64,000 nt of DNA from Eledone cirrhosa (lineage: Eukaryota), in NCBI GenBank assembly GCA_964016885.1, contig OZ024744.1, positions 12,834,001-12,898,000 of the forward strand, given 5' to 3'. Below, piece after piece: positions 1-10,470 of the stretch. Position 1 is the stretch's first letter; each line of letters opens with the position of its first letter. Under the pieces are notes generated by a model. That model searched no databases. It was not told the origin of the DNA and worked only from the letters and a program-made list of their open reading frames with translations. Both the position numbers and the translations under genes were made by a program.

Positions 1-185
1 ACGCAGTTTTTCACTTAATGTGGGCCCTATGGGATCGAAAAGTCGAATTGTTAATGTGCATAACACTCCCTGAAACACAATTAATACACATGTAAAGTTA
101 AAAAAAAGTCAGTTAGGTACTTCGAGTTTTAGGGATTCAAACTCACAGACACACAGACAGACATCCTCAGTTTTATATATATAGA
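1..185 (-). mobile_element. 5' part of a non-autonomous Helitron-like (Lep1-type) repeat
   Basis: Minus strand reads TCTATATATATAAAACTGAGGATGTCTGTCTG...CCCTAAAACTCG: TC start, AT-rich leader, then a TGTC microsatellite. This is the usual layout of such elements. Confidence 0.4.
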
Positions 186-690
186 CTATCAGAAAACCAC
201 CCGGTGGGCGGTTTTCTGCTAGCAAATCTAGTGTATATACTGATATTGTTGAGATTTGGATGAGAAATGTTTTCGGCACCACATGTTCACCGTCTCTCGG
301 TGTGTCTTTTATGCATGTATAAATATATATGTTATCTATACGGTGAAATCTTTGAAATAAATATATGTTAAAACGAAAAAGGAGAAAAAGAGATTAGTGA
401 CGGAAATATAAACGTTATGATACATAAACGTTATGATATAACGATGGAAATATATCTTCAAATGGTCCTTGGCATGGTGTCAAGTCAGAACCGCCTCGAA
501 CTGGTTACTTCTGGCTTGTGCAAGGTGTCTCTATAGCAACCAGCGATTCCCTCGGCCTCAGTGACCAAAGTCAGTGGAGAGGGGAAGGTAATGTTTCTAT
601 AGCGACAGTGTTTCTCATGGTAGTACCAAAGTGGAGAAAGGAAGGGGAAGGTAATATTTCTGTAGCACCTACATTTGAGTTTTAGGGAAG

Positions 691-744
<54 letters not shown>

Positions 745-760
745 GAAATGCCCATATATT
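186..760 (-). mobile_element. Second Helitron-like non-autonomous repeat, in tandem with the first
   Basis: Has the same (TGTC)n-CCCTAAAACTC head as the element at 1-185 and ends in a hairpin at 186-222 (CTATCAGAAAACC...GGTTTTCTGCTAG). Confidence 0.4.
691..743 (+). repeat. (GACA)n microsatellite
   Basis: Perfect tetranucleotide run read directly. Confidence 0.97.
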
Positions 761-815
761 TCTGTGTGTGTATATATATATATATATTACACACACAGAA
801 ATGTATATATATTTC

Positions 816-847
<32 letters not shown>
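744..847. repeat. Palindromic minisatellite ACACACACAGAAAT-GTATATAT-ATTTCTGTGTGTGT with (TA)n spacers, left part
   Basis: The unit is self-complementary and recurs at 9980-10160. Confidence 0.85.
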
Positions 848-848
<1 letters not shown>

Positions 849-1384
849 GTAGCGACGCTGGTTGGTCAGTCTAGTCACTACTTCTGATCAGATCCGAGAA
901 TAGTCCTTAGAAGGACTGTTATCGCATACGGTCTGATCAGATCTGAAGATAGCCCTTTAAAGGACAGTTGTCGCATATAGCCCTTAAAAGAACTGTTGAG
1001 GATGGACAGACGAAAGCACAGGTTGAAAGGACGAAGCAAGGCGAGATGTAAATTCGATCAGTTATTTATTTTCACATGAAGCAACGATACGGGGTACAAG
1101 TCAATGCGTGTGTGAGTGACAAAGCGTGGCAGAGTAAAGGAACAACGATGCGCTAGCTGACTCTGCCAAAAGTCGACTAGCGAAAGTGTTAGGAACCACT
1201 CTATTTATACAGGAACAATCCTTTGTTGTTTAGTCAATGTGTAGGCGTTTATTCTGGTAGGTTCTAATTCTAGTAGGTTCTAATTCTGGTAGGTTCTAAG
1301 GGTTCTTTTGTTTCACGTTGAGTAGCTAGCTAACAGGTAGATGGCGCTGTATATTTCACAGCTGGTATTTACGGTGGCTGTACA
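848..1384 (-). repeat. 3' LTR (537 bp)
   Basis: TGTAGCGACG...GGCTGTACA; matches 6331-6867 with 3 substitutions seen. On the minus strand, TATAAATAG lies at 1201-1209 and AATAAA at 1065-1070. Confidence 0.96.
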
Positions 1385-1406
1385 TTAGCCCCCTGCCAGT
1401 TCTTTT
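1385..1406 (-). promoter_or_regulatory. Polypurine tract (PPT)
   Basis: Minus strand AAAAGAACTGGCAGGGGGCTAA immediately precedes the 3' LTR. Confidence 0.7.
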
Positions 1407-2307
1407 GTACAACAAAAGAGCGAAATATCGTATAGGAATGGGCCAGTGGTGCATTTGTCATGACAATAGCCCCAGGATTGTCCAGCACGTTGTGAAATTT
1501 TGTGATCTTCGAGTACAGGACAGAATCGATGTAGAGATGATATGGCAAGATGTGTGTGTCAGGAAGAGAAAAAAGAAATAAACTATAAAATGACTTTGAC
1601 CAGATTTATGCAGGCGTGATGAATGAGCCTGTTGCAATTTCGGTTGAGCTGCCTGTGAATTGCGTGACAAAAAGTCTAACTGGGCAGTGAAGATGTGTGA
1701 ACTGAATGGCCGTAAGCATGCTGCCTAAAGGTAACAGCTTGCTCCACAGCATATGACTTGAGCGAATGCATGTGGTAAAAAAATAGCGAGGCATTCTCGA
1801 GCTATTGAGTGAATGTGTACGTGAAAACAGAAGGCCAGTGTTTTGAGGTTGTGATTTGTGAAATGCGTGATCAAAGAGAAAACATTTTGTAATGTAAGAG
1901 TTAGAGGGACACAAATATCTATTGCTCAGTGTATGAACCAAAAGGTGAAATAAATGTGGTTTTGTAGTGTGCATGAAAAACAGAATATGTACACGCCTTG
2001 TATGTATATAAAAATTATGGCAATTACACAATCAATGTTACAGAACAAGAAAAATACAAATTTTCAAAACAAGAGAGAGAAGAAAAAAAAAATGTTATAC
2101 ACAATGATATACACAATGTTTGTTCTTAAATAGTGTTTGTAATAAATAATGTTCATAATAAATAATGTTCTTCGTGACATGAGCACATGGTCACTAAAAA
2201 TTACAATTGTTCAAGCAGAAAGTTCATTGTATTTGAAACTGGAAATAGTAAACACAAGAAAAATGGAAATGTTTTGCACGAAGAGTGATTAAGAAACTCA
2301 CTTGAGG

Positions 2308-3546
2308 TTAATGGTAATTCACATATTGTGCCAACTTGGCGGGCCAATGGACGCGTCGTCCGCTTCTCGTGACTGGAGATGAAACAGGTGGCTCGCTGGG
2401 ACAGCAATCTGTCGGAGTTTCTGGTGTAGAGACTGTAACAGTATCCATGATGGCTTTTTTTAATCTGTCCACGCTGACAGAATTCTGTTTACCATCTAGA
2501 TCGAGAATAAAATATTTCGGATATTTTTTTAGAACACGATACGGGCCAGAATATGGAGGTCGAAGATGAGCTGAGATGGTGTCGTTTCGAACGAAAACGT
2601 GTGTCCAATCATCAATGTCTGAAGGTACGTGTGTGGCCGTGTTCTGTTGACGGGTGCTTGCAGGAGCAAGGTGAGACATATATTGTCGAAGACGGTGTAC
2701 GTATGATCCTGGGTCTGGAACATCCTGAGGAGAGATGGGAGCAACCATCTGACCAGGTAGAACCAGGGTGGTGCCGTACACTAATTCTGCAGGTGTGTGT
2801 CCGAATTCCTCCTTAACGGTGGATCGAATGCCCAGAAGGATGAGTGGTAGGTATTCAAACCGGTGTGTCTTGTCTGGATATGCTTTTATTGCAGCTTTCA
2901 ATTGGCGATGGAATCTTTCCACGAGACCATTAGCTTGCGGGTGATAAGCTGTCGTGCGGATGTGTTTACATCCTAACAAGCGAGTCAGTTCTCTGAAGAG
3001 GTGAGAGTCAAATTGGCGTCCTCTGTCCGTTGTTATCTTCGCTGGGGCGCCATAACGTGATACCCAGTGTAAAACCAAAGTTTTAGCGACTGTTTCTGCT
3101 GAGGTATCATTTATGGGAAAAGCCTCAGGCCAACGAGAAAATCGATCTATGCAGGTGAGCAAGTGTGTGTAGTTCTGTGATGGTGGTAGAGGTCCGACGA
3201 TGTCGATATGCACATGATGAAAACGTGCATCAGGTTGCGCGAATGTGCCGAGTGGAGTTTTGATGTGTCTGTGGACTTTGGCTTTCTGGCAGGCAATGCA
3301 GCTCCTGGACGAGTCGCGCACGTCCTTGTTAATGTTAGTCCACACAAAACGAGCAGAGATGAGTTTCTGTGTAGCCCGGATTCCCGGGTGAGACAAGCAG
3401 TGTAAAGCAGAAAAAACTTGTCGACGATGCATCTGTGGTACGTACGGTCGTTCATGACCGGTAGAAAGGTCGCACCAAATTTGTCCCGGAGAAGAAGGAA
3501 TGGGAACTTGCTGAAACTTGAGAGATGGCGAATCTCGGAGTTTCAT
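2308..3546 (-). pseudogene. pol: Integrase portion of pol, cut off from upstream pol by an insertion
   Basis: HHCC motif (LHCLSHPG...CIAC), catalytic core HIDIVGP / TDRGRQF / VERFHR, GPY motif (YSGPYRV). The first residues of the listed ORF 2308-3585 come from the insertion. Confidence 0.93.
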
Positions 3547-3551
3547 AAACT

Positions 3552-4103
3552 TGTAGTGACCTACATTCCGCGGGCTCACATACATTCTCTGTGCGTAATT
3601 TGGCTCAGTTCAGCCAATCAGCGCCAGTAGAAGGGGATGTATCCCTACGCGCCCTGAGGAAGAAATTCACCGCGAAGATTTGAAGAATCTCGCTCTTGTA
3701 CCGGAAACTTCAAACCAGCAACACGCATAATGTAACAGTGAGATATTGCACCCCTAGCCTCGCCGGCTTAACGGCGCAATGGCACATTCCCTAATGTAAC
3801 CTCTTTTTATCTGTAACTTCAACCATATAAATAAACAAACATTGCATCTCTAATTACTGCGGTTGAAGTCGTTATTATGTTTCTCTTGTCTCAATGACAT
3901 CTTTAATCCATGCTGCTGGAATTGGCGCCCTGACGAAAGGAATATTGTAAATAGATGGTAAATAGATCGAGGGACCTTCCCTCACGTCTATGTCAACAAG
4001 ATAATCCAACGAGGATACTATCACTTACCACACTGGCAACTAACGACCACTGATTCTGCCACCCTGCTAATGTGGCGATAACATCTACAACCAATACTGC
4101 TAA
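3552..4103. mobile_element. ~552-bp insertion in pol, probably a solo LTR of another family
   Basis: Flanked by AAACT direct repeats (3547-3551 and 4104-4108). Starts TGTAG and contains TATAAATAAA. Removing it restores [19 protein letters not shown] in frame. The 3' end is not CA. Confidence 0.75.
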
Positions 4104-5993
4104 AAACTCTTCGTCAGTCTCTTGGTCAGCTGCGATTTGTTGAAGGTCGATGCCTGAATGCACATGTATTGCGTTCAGCTGGATTCGGGACAGGGCGTCG
4201 GCTGCTACGTTGTCTGATCCCTTGATATGCCGAATATCAGTTGAATATTGGGAGACAAAATCCAGGCGTCGGAGTTCTCTCGGTGAATGTCGATCAGGTT
4301 TGGCACGGAACGCATAAACTAGTGGTTTATGGTCCGTGTAGATCACGAAATCTGATCCTTCCAGCATGTGCCGAAAATGCTTAACCGAAAGATAGGTTGC
4401 CAAGAGTTCGCGGCCAAAGGTACTGCATTTCGTTTCTGCCGGTTGCAACCGCTTAGAAAAGAAGGATAAGGGTTGCCACACGCCGTCGACATGTTGTAGA
4501 ACGCCTCCAACCCCCGTGTCTGATGTATCCACTAGCAGCGAAAGAGGAGCGCCAGACCTGGGGAAAACGAGCATGGAAGCGTTTGCTAACATTTCCTTCA
4601 GGCGGTTAAAAGATGTTAATTCTTCCTCGTTTAGAGTGATCTCTTCGTTTTTGCGAGTCCGGTTACGAAGAAGGTCCGTGAGGAGTCTGGCTGCGTCGGA
4701 ACAATGAGGGATGAACCGCCTATAAAAATTCACCAGACCGAGGAATTCACGCAGTTTCCGAAGTGATGTAGGTACGGGAAAACTGCGGATAGCTTCTACT
4801 TTCTCGGGAAGTGGACGAATGCCGTCTTTATCGATGATGTGCCCGAGAAAGGACAGTGAAGGAACGCCGAGAAGGCATTTGCTGGGGTTGATGATGATAC
4901 CGTACTCAGCCAAACGTCGGAAAAGGAGATCTAAGTGCTTCTCGTGTTCATTCTCGGAAGCACTTGCTACCAGTACGTCGTCAATATACGCGTATACGAA
5001 GGGTAGATCGCGTAACACGGTGTCAATGAACCGCTGAAAAGTTTGTGCAGTGTTGCGCAGAGCGAACGGCATTCGCAGGAATTCGAATAAACCGAACGGT
5101 GTTGTGATTGCGGTCTTCGGAATGTCTGCAGGCTCCATAGGTATCTGGTTATATGCACGCACCAGATCTACCTTGGAAAAGATAAGTGCGCCCTGCAGAG
5201 AGGCAGAAAAATCGTGCAGGTGAGGTACAGGGTAATTATCGGGCACTGTAGAATTGTTAAGTGCACGATAATCCCCACATGGTCGCCAATCATTCTCGGT
5301 TTTTTTTGGAACAAGGTGTAGGGGTGCAGACCAGTTGCTGGAGGAAGGGCGAATGATTCCGAGGTCCAGCATGTGTTGGAACTCCTGCTTGGCGATTCTC
5401 AATCGGTCTGGAGACAGTCTCCTTGGTCGGGCAGCTGTGGGTGGTCCCTTTGTCTCGATGTGGTGCGTGACACTATGCTTAATGGGACTATCCTTAAATA
5501 CCGGGCGAGTGATGTCTGGGTATTTCTGGAGAATGCCGTTGTACCGTGAAGGCTCTGACTGGCAAATTACAGGGCTCACTGTGGATTGCGTCGTAAATAT
5601 ACCTCTCACAGTGAGGTTTGTGGTGGTGTCAATAAGCCTCCGGTTCTTCATATCCACCAGAAGGTTGAAGTGGTGGAGAAAATCGGCTCCTAGGATCGGG
5701 GTCGGCAGGTCTGCCACGACGAACACCCATTGAAAACGCCGCCTCAGGCCTAAATTGAGGGTCAGAGACTTCTCCCCGAAAGTCGGAATTGACGATTGGT
5801 TCACTGCCTGCAGAAAGGACGGGGTTGGGTGTCTTTTGCCCGAGATCAGTGAAACCGGAATAACACTAACCTCGGCTCCTGTATCCACGAGATATCGGAT
5901 GCTTGTCGCCTGGTCGTTAATAAAAAATAGACGACTTTTCTTTTCAGTACCAGGGGTGAATGTCGTCGCTAGGCCCTGGTCTGCCCGTTTCCC
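4104..5993 (-). pseudogene. pol: pol: aspartic protease, reverse transcriptase, RNase H
   Basis: [10 protein letters not shown] (PR); [29 protein letters not shown] (RT); [20 protein letters not shown] (RH). Confidence 0.95.
5930..5993 (-). promoter_or_regulatory. Putative -1 ribosomal frameshift signal (G GGA AAC plus pseudoknot)
   Basis: Heptamer at 5987-5993 is in the correct gag phase and pol is in the -1 frame. Downstream stems ACCAGGG/CCCTGGT and GACGAC/GTCGTC. Confidence 0.8.
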
Positions 5994-6271
5994 TGGGTGG
6001 TATTCTGGAAAGAGCACGGGGCCCTACACTTAGATGCCCGAGCGCCGAATTCCTCGTGATACCAGCAGAGGTTGCCAGACACACGATTTTGACTGGGGCT
6101 TCTCGATCTTTGACGGTGAAAGGGTCTGGACCGACTGTTGCTGCGCCGCCGGTGTGTTTGCAAGGTCAAGTTCTCTACTTGATTCGAGAGGGCTTTAATT
6201 TGACCAGCCCGCTCTCTGATCATAGCCCGCAGCTCTGAAATCTCAGCCTCTGTCGTTTGTGACACGTCCAT
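5969..6271 (-). CDS. gag: Truncated Gag: coiled coil, RS-rich tract and C-terminal Cys/His knuckle only
   Basis: [18 protein letters not shown] motif typical of Gypsy gag C-termini. Only 100 aa, with no capsid domain. Confidence 0.8.
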   Translation of the reverse strand: MDVSQTTEAEISELRAMIRERAGQIKALSNQVENLTLQTHRRRSNSRSRPFHRQRSRSPSQNRVSGNLCWYHEEFGARASKCRAPCSFQNTTQGNGQTRA

Positions 6272-6296
6272 GTTGATATTTTCTTAGGTGCTGTCG

Positions 6297-6328
6297 GGTT
6301 GCGCGTTCGACTCACGTTCGGGTCACCA
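6297..6328 (-). promoter_or_regulatory. Primer-binding site complementary to the tRNA-Trp 3' end
   Basis: Minus strand TGGTGACCCGAACGTGAG... starts 2 nt after the 5' LTR. The plus strand resembles the animal tRNA-Trp end ...TCACGTCGGGGTCACCA (recalled). Confidence 0.85.
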
Positions 6329-6330
6329 AT

Positions 6331-6867
6331 TGTAGCGACGCTGGTTGGTCAGTCTAGTCACTACTTCTGATCAGATCCGAGAATAGTCCTTAGAAGGACT
6401 GTTATCGCATACGGTCTGATCAGATCTGAAGATAGCCCTTTAAAGGACAGTTGTCGCATATAGCCCTTAAAAGAACTGTTGAGGATGGACAGACGAAAGC
6501 ACAGGTTGAAAGGACGAAGCAAGGCGAGATGTAAATTCGATCAGCTATTTATTTTCACATGAAGCAACGATACGGGGTACAAGTCAATGCGTGTGTGAGT
6601 GACAAAGCGTGGCAGAGTAAAGGAACAACGATGCGCTAGCTGACTCTGCCAAAAGTCGACTGGCGAAAGTGTTAGGGACCACTCTATTTATACAGGAACA
6701 ATCCTTTGTTGTTTAGTCAATGTGTAGGCGTTTATTCTGGTAGGTTCTAATTCTAGTAGGTTCTAATTCTGGTAGGTTCTAAGGGTTCTTTTGTTTCACG
6801 TTGAGTAGCTAGCTAACAGGTAGATGGCGCTGTATATTTCACAGCTGGTATTTACGGTGGCTGTACA
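6331..6867 (-). repeat. 5' LTR (537 bp)
   Basis: Direct repeat of 848-1384; adjacent to the PBS. Confidence 0.96.
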
Positions 6868-6880
6868 TATATATATATAT

Positions 6881-7586
<706 letters not shown>

Positions 7587-7806
7587 CGTTTCTGAATTTG
7601 TTTAGCAAGATTCTTTATCTGAAATCGTGTGTTGAAACCGATATTGTTATACTTTGGGAGGGTCATGTTGCCAATAAGAAACACACGCACCAGTTGCTTT
7701 CATTTCAATTTATTATATATTTATAAATTTATAAATTTACAAATCTACAAACTTATAAATTTCTGGTTGGTTGGTTGGTTCCACAACCAGATAGTTGTTT
7801 ATATAT

Positions 7807-7851
7807 AGTCATAGTCCTTTCGTCACACACCCTGTGACCTCTTCAGTGACT
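7807..7851 (-). ncRNA. Minimal type I hammerhead ribozyme, copy 1
   Basis: AGTCA-CTGAAGA-G-GTCACA(GGGTG)TGTGAC-GAAA-GGAC-TA-TGACT: core boxes, 6-bp stem II, 5-bp stem I and CUA cleavage triplet. Confidence 0.8.
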
Positions 7852-8071
7852 GGGGATTCCTTTCTTTGTTTCTGTGCCTTTCCTTTCTTCTGTCCTGCGC
7901 CATTTTGTTTCTGTGTGTGTGTTGTGTGCTCAGTTTGCGCATGCGCCACATCCGGGTGTCTGTGTGTGTTTGTGTTCATTTATCTATTTGTTTATTTATT
8001 TATTTATTTATTTATTTACATGTTGTTGGTTGGTTGTTTGTTCTATGTGTGTGTGTGTTTTCATTTTGTCC

Positions 8072-9153
8072 TTAATTGTAAGTTGTGATGTTGCTGTTCC
8101 ACTCATATTTTCTATTTAATTTTGGTTGTAATTCTTTTATGCTTACTGCCTCTGTAATTTGCCTAAACATTGCATCTTTTCTGTGTGTGGATTCTATTTT
8201 TATTTCTATGTTCTCTAATTTACCCTTGTGTTCTATCTTAGCATGTTGGTAGAGCACAGATGATTCTTTATTATCTTGAAGGTCTCGCCAGTGTTCATTT
8301 ATTCGTTCCCCTATACTACGAGCTGTCTCACCTATGTACACTATATTTTTGTTTCTACATTGTCCTTCAGTACATCTTATGCTATACACTACATTTCTAG
8401 TTTTACAGTTAATATGGGGGCTTATTTTACAGGTTATACATTTCTTATCTATACATGAGGATCTTTGGAACGGGTATGTCTTGCTAATAAGTGTTTTTAC
8501 GGAGGTACCTGGTCTTTCTACTATCTTAATATTGAGTTTATGTTTATTTAGGGCCCTTCTAAATTTGTAGGCTAGTTCGCCTCTAGGGGTTGTATTGATG
8601 AACATTACACTCTGGTATTTATTGCTATCATACCATGAGTTTATTCTATTGGCCTTGTTCCTAGTTCTTTCTATTCTATTCCAAAATTTGCTCCTATACA
8701 AGGGGCAGGTCCCATTTATGTCATTATTTACCATTTTTTCCCATTTGGTTCTGGCTCCTCTATACACTCTGATTCTATCTCTCTGATTGTAGCCAGAGAA
8801 CTGCATACGGCGGATGAAGTGTTGTATGTGTCTCTCTAGTTCTTCGGGGTTGCACATGCGGGACACATTTCTCATCACCCGTACCAAATCCGCAATCAGT
8901 ATGTTGATTTTGGTATGGTCCGAAATGGCCGAGTTTCGGTGGATCAGATGTTTGGAAGTCATGGGTTTGGCATAATGGGAATGGAGGATTTGTTTTTGGT
9001 TGTTAATGGTATCTAACCAGAGCTCTGTGTCTAGTACAGGTAATCGATGGTTGGGGTGTCTACTTGGGTAGTCTATAGTAACTCTAATGCTCTGGTGGAT
9101 GGAGTTTGCTATTTGCTGGATGCTTTCCATTGTGTTTTTCTCTAGTTCCTGAC
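8072..9153 (-). pseudogene. C-terminal part of PLE ORF: RT end/thumb, Cys-rich linker, GIY-YIG endonuclease
   Basis: LPVLDTEL, HYAKPMTS, MQFSGY, CIDKKCITC, NVVYSIRC...YIGETARSIGERINEH, RQITEA...PKLN. The frame is open but lacks the RT catalytic core. Confidence 0.92.
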
Positions 9154-9343
9154 TGTACACTATATTTTTTGTTTCTACATTGTCTTTCAGTACATCTTAT
9201 GCTATACACTACATTTTTAGTTTTACAGTTAATATGGGGGCTTATTTTACAGGTTATACATTTCTTATTTTACAGGTTATACATTTCTTATCTATACATG
9301 AGGGTCTTTGGAACGGGTATGTCTTGCTAATAAGTGTTTTTAC
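9154..9343 (-). repeat. Direct duplicate of PLE segment 8335-8500 at the truncation junction
   Basis: Same sequence with a few substitutions and an extra tandem copy of TTATTTTACAGGTTATACATTTC. Confidence 0.9.
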
Positions 9344-9349
9344 AGAGAG

Positions 9350-9910
9350 ATAGAAATAAAAATAGAATCCACACACAGAAAAGATGCAATGTTTAGGCAA
9401 ATTACAGAGGCAGTAAGCATAAAAGAATTACAACCAAAATTAAATAGAAAATATGAGTGGAACAGCAACATCACAACTTACAATTAAGGACAAAATGAAA
9501 ACACACACACACATAGAACAAACAACCAACCAACAACATGTAAATAAATAAATAAATAAATAAATAAACAAATAGATAAATGAACACAAACACACACAGA
9601 CACCCGGATGTGGCGCATGCGCAAACTGAGCACACAACACACACACAGAAACAAAATGGCGCAGGACAGAAGAAAGGAAAGGCACAGAAACAAAGAAAGG
9701 AATCCCCAGTCACTGAAGAGGTCACAGAGTGTGTGACGAAAGGACTATGACTATATATAAACAACTATCTGGTTGTGGAACCAACCAACCAACCAGAAAT
9801 TTATAAGTTTGTAGATTTGTAAATTTATAAATTTATAAATATATAATAAATTGAAGTGAAAGCAACTGGTGCGTGTGTTTCTTATTGGCAACATGACCCT
9901 CCCAAAGTAT

Positions 9911-9918
<8 letters not shown>
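9350..9918 (+). repeat. Inverted pseudo-LTR arm of the PLE
   Basis: Reverse complement of 7641-8209; paired coordinates sum to 17559 at both ends and at the ribozyme. Confidence 0.95.
9708..9752 (+). ncRNA. Minimal type I hammerhead ribozyme, copy 2
   Basis: AGTCA CTGAAGA G GTCACA GAGTG TGTGAC GAAA GGAC TA TGACT; differs from copy 1 only in loop 2. Confidence 0.8.
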
Positions 9919-9982
<64 letters not shown>

Positions 9983-10160
9983 CACACACAGAAATGTATA
10001 TATATTTCTGTGTGTATATATATATATATATTACACACACAGAAATGTATATATATTTCTGTGTGTATATATATATATTACACACACAGAAATGTATATA
10101 TATTTCTGTGTGTGTATATATATATATATATTACACACACAGAAATGTATATATATTTCT
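9919..10160. repeat. (TA)n followed by the palindromic minisatellite, right part (~4 units)
   Basis: TTACACACACAGAAATGTATATATATTTCTGTGTGT units, as at 744-847. Confidence 0.9.
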
Positions 10161-10316
10161 TAGAACAAAATTATTATTAATGTTTTGCTGTTCATAACAA
10201 TTGGAATTGAAAAATTACTTTTGAAATTATTAGTTATTTTACTAATGCTTAGATATGTAAAAATGAAGCAATGTTTCTAATAATTGTTTCTACTTTTGGC
10301 AGAAGGCCAGCAATTA

Positions 10317-10470
10317 CCCAGTACATTACTGGTACTTCATTTATCGACCCCGTGAGGATGAAAGGCAAAGTTAACCTCGGCGGTATTTGAACTCAGACCG
10401 TAAAGAGACGTAACTCCATGCTATGAAGCATGGTGTCCGACTCTCTACAGATTCTGCCAATCCACCGCCC
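10317..10470 (-). mobile_element. tRNA-derived SINE with a Meta-like central domain
   Basis: Minus strand has A-box-like TGGCAGAATC, B-box GTTCAAATACC, then GCCTTTCATCC...GGGTCGATAAATGAAGTACCAG. Confidence 0.75.

Larger units (their letters stand above)
848..6867 (-). mobile_element. Ty3/Gypsy LTR retrotransposon with both LTRs, internally defective
   Basis: Two 537-bp TG...CA direct repeats; PBS and PPT in minus orientation; domain order gag knuckle-PR-RT-RH-IN; (TA)n on both flanks. Confidence 0.96.

Noticed and set aside
485-887. Short ORFs with YIYI, SVCL or QTDR runs (also 7315-7726 and 9751-10197)
   Set aside because: Translations of microsatellites.
1458-2031. Possible env-like or extra ORF in the Gypsy 3' region
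   Set aside because: Short ORFs with no signal peptide, transmembrane pattern or recognisable motif; treated as 3' UTR.
2336-6238. Plus-strand ORFs overlapping gag/pol
   Set aside because: Antisense shadows of the coding strand with no independent motifs.
6297-6328. tRNA gene
   Set aside because: Only the 3' third with encoded CCA is present, next to an LTR; it is a primer-binding site.
7860-8071. SECIS element, since some Naiad PLEs are reported to encode selenoproteins
   Set aside because: No in-frame TGA in the preserved ORF and no convincing AUGA/GA kink-turn stem in the 3' UTR.
7795-8119. Hydrophobic Cys-rich ORFs (and mirror copies at 9440-9764)
   Set aside because: Antisense translation of the low-complexity PLE 3' UTR; duplicated only because of the inverted repeat.
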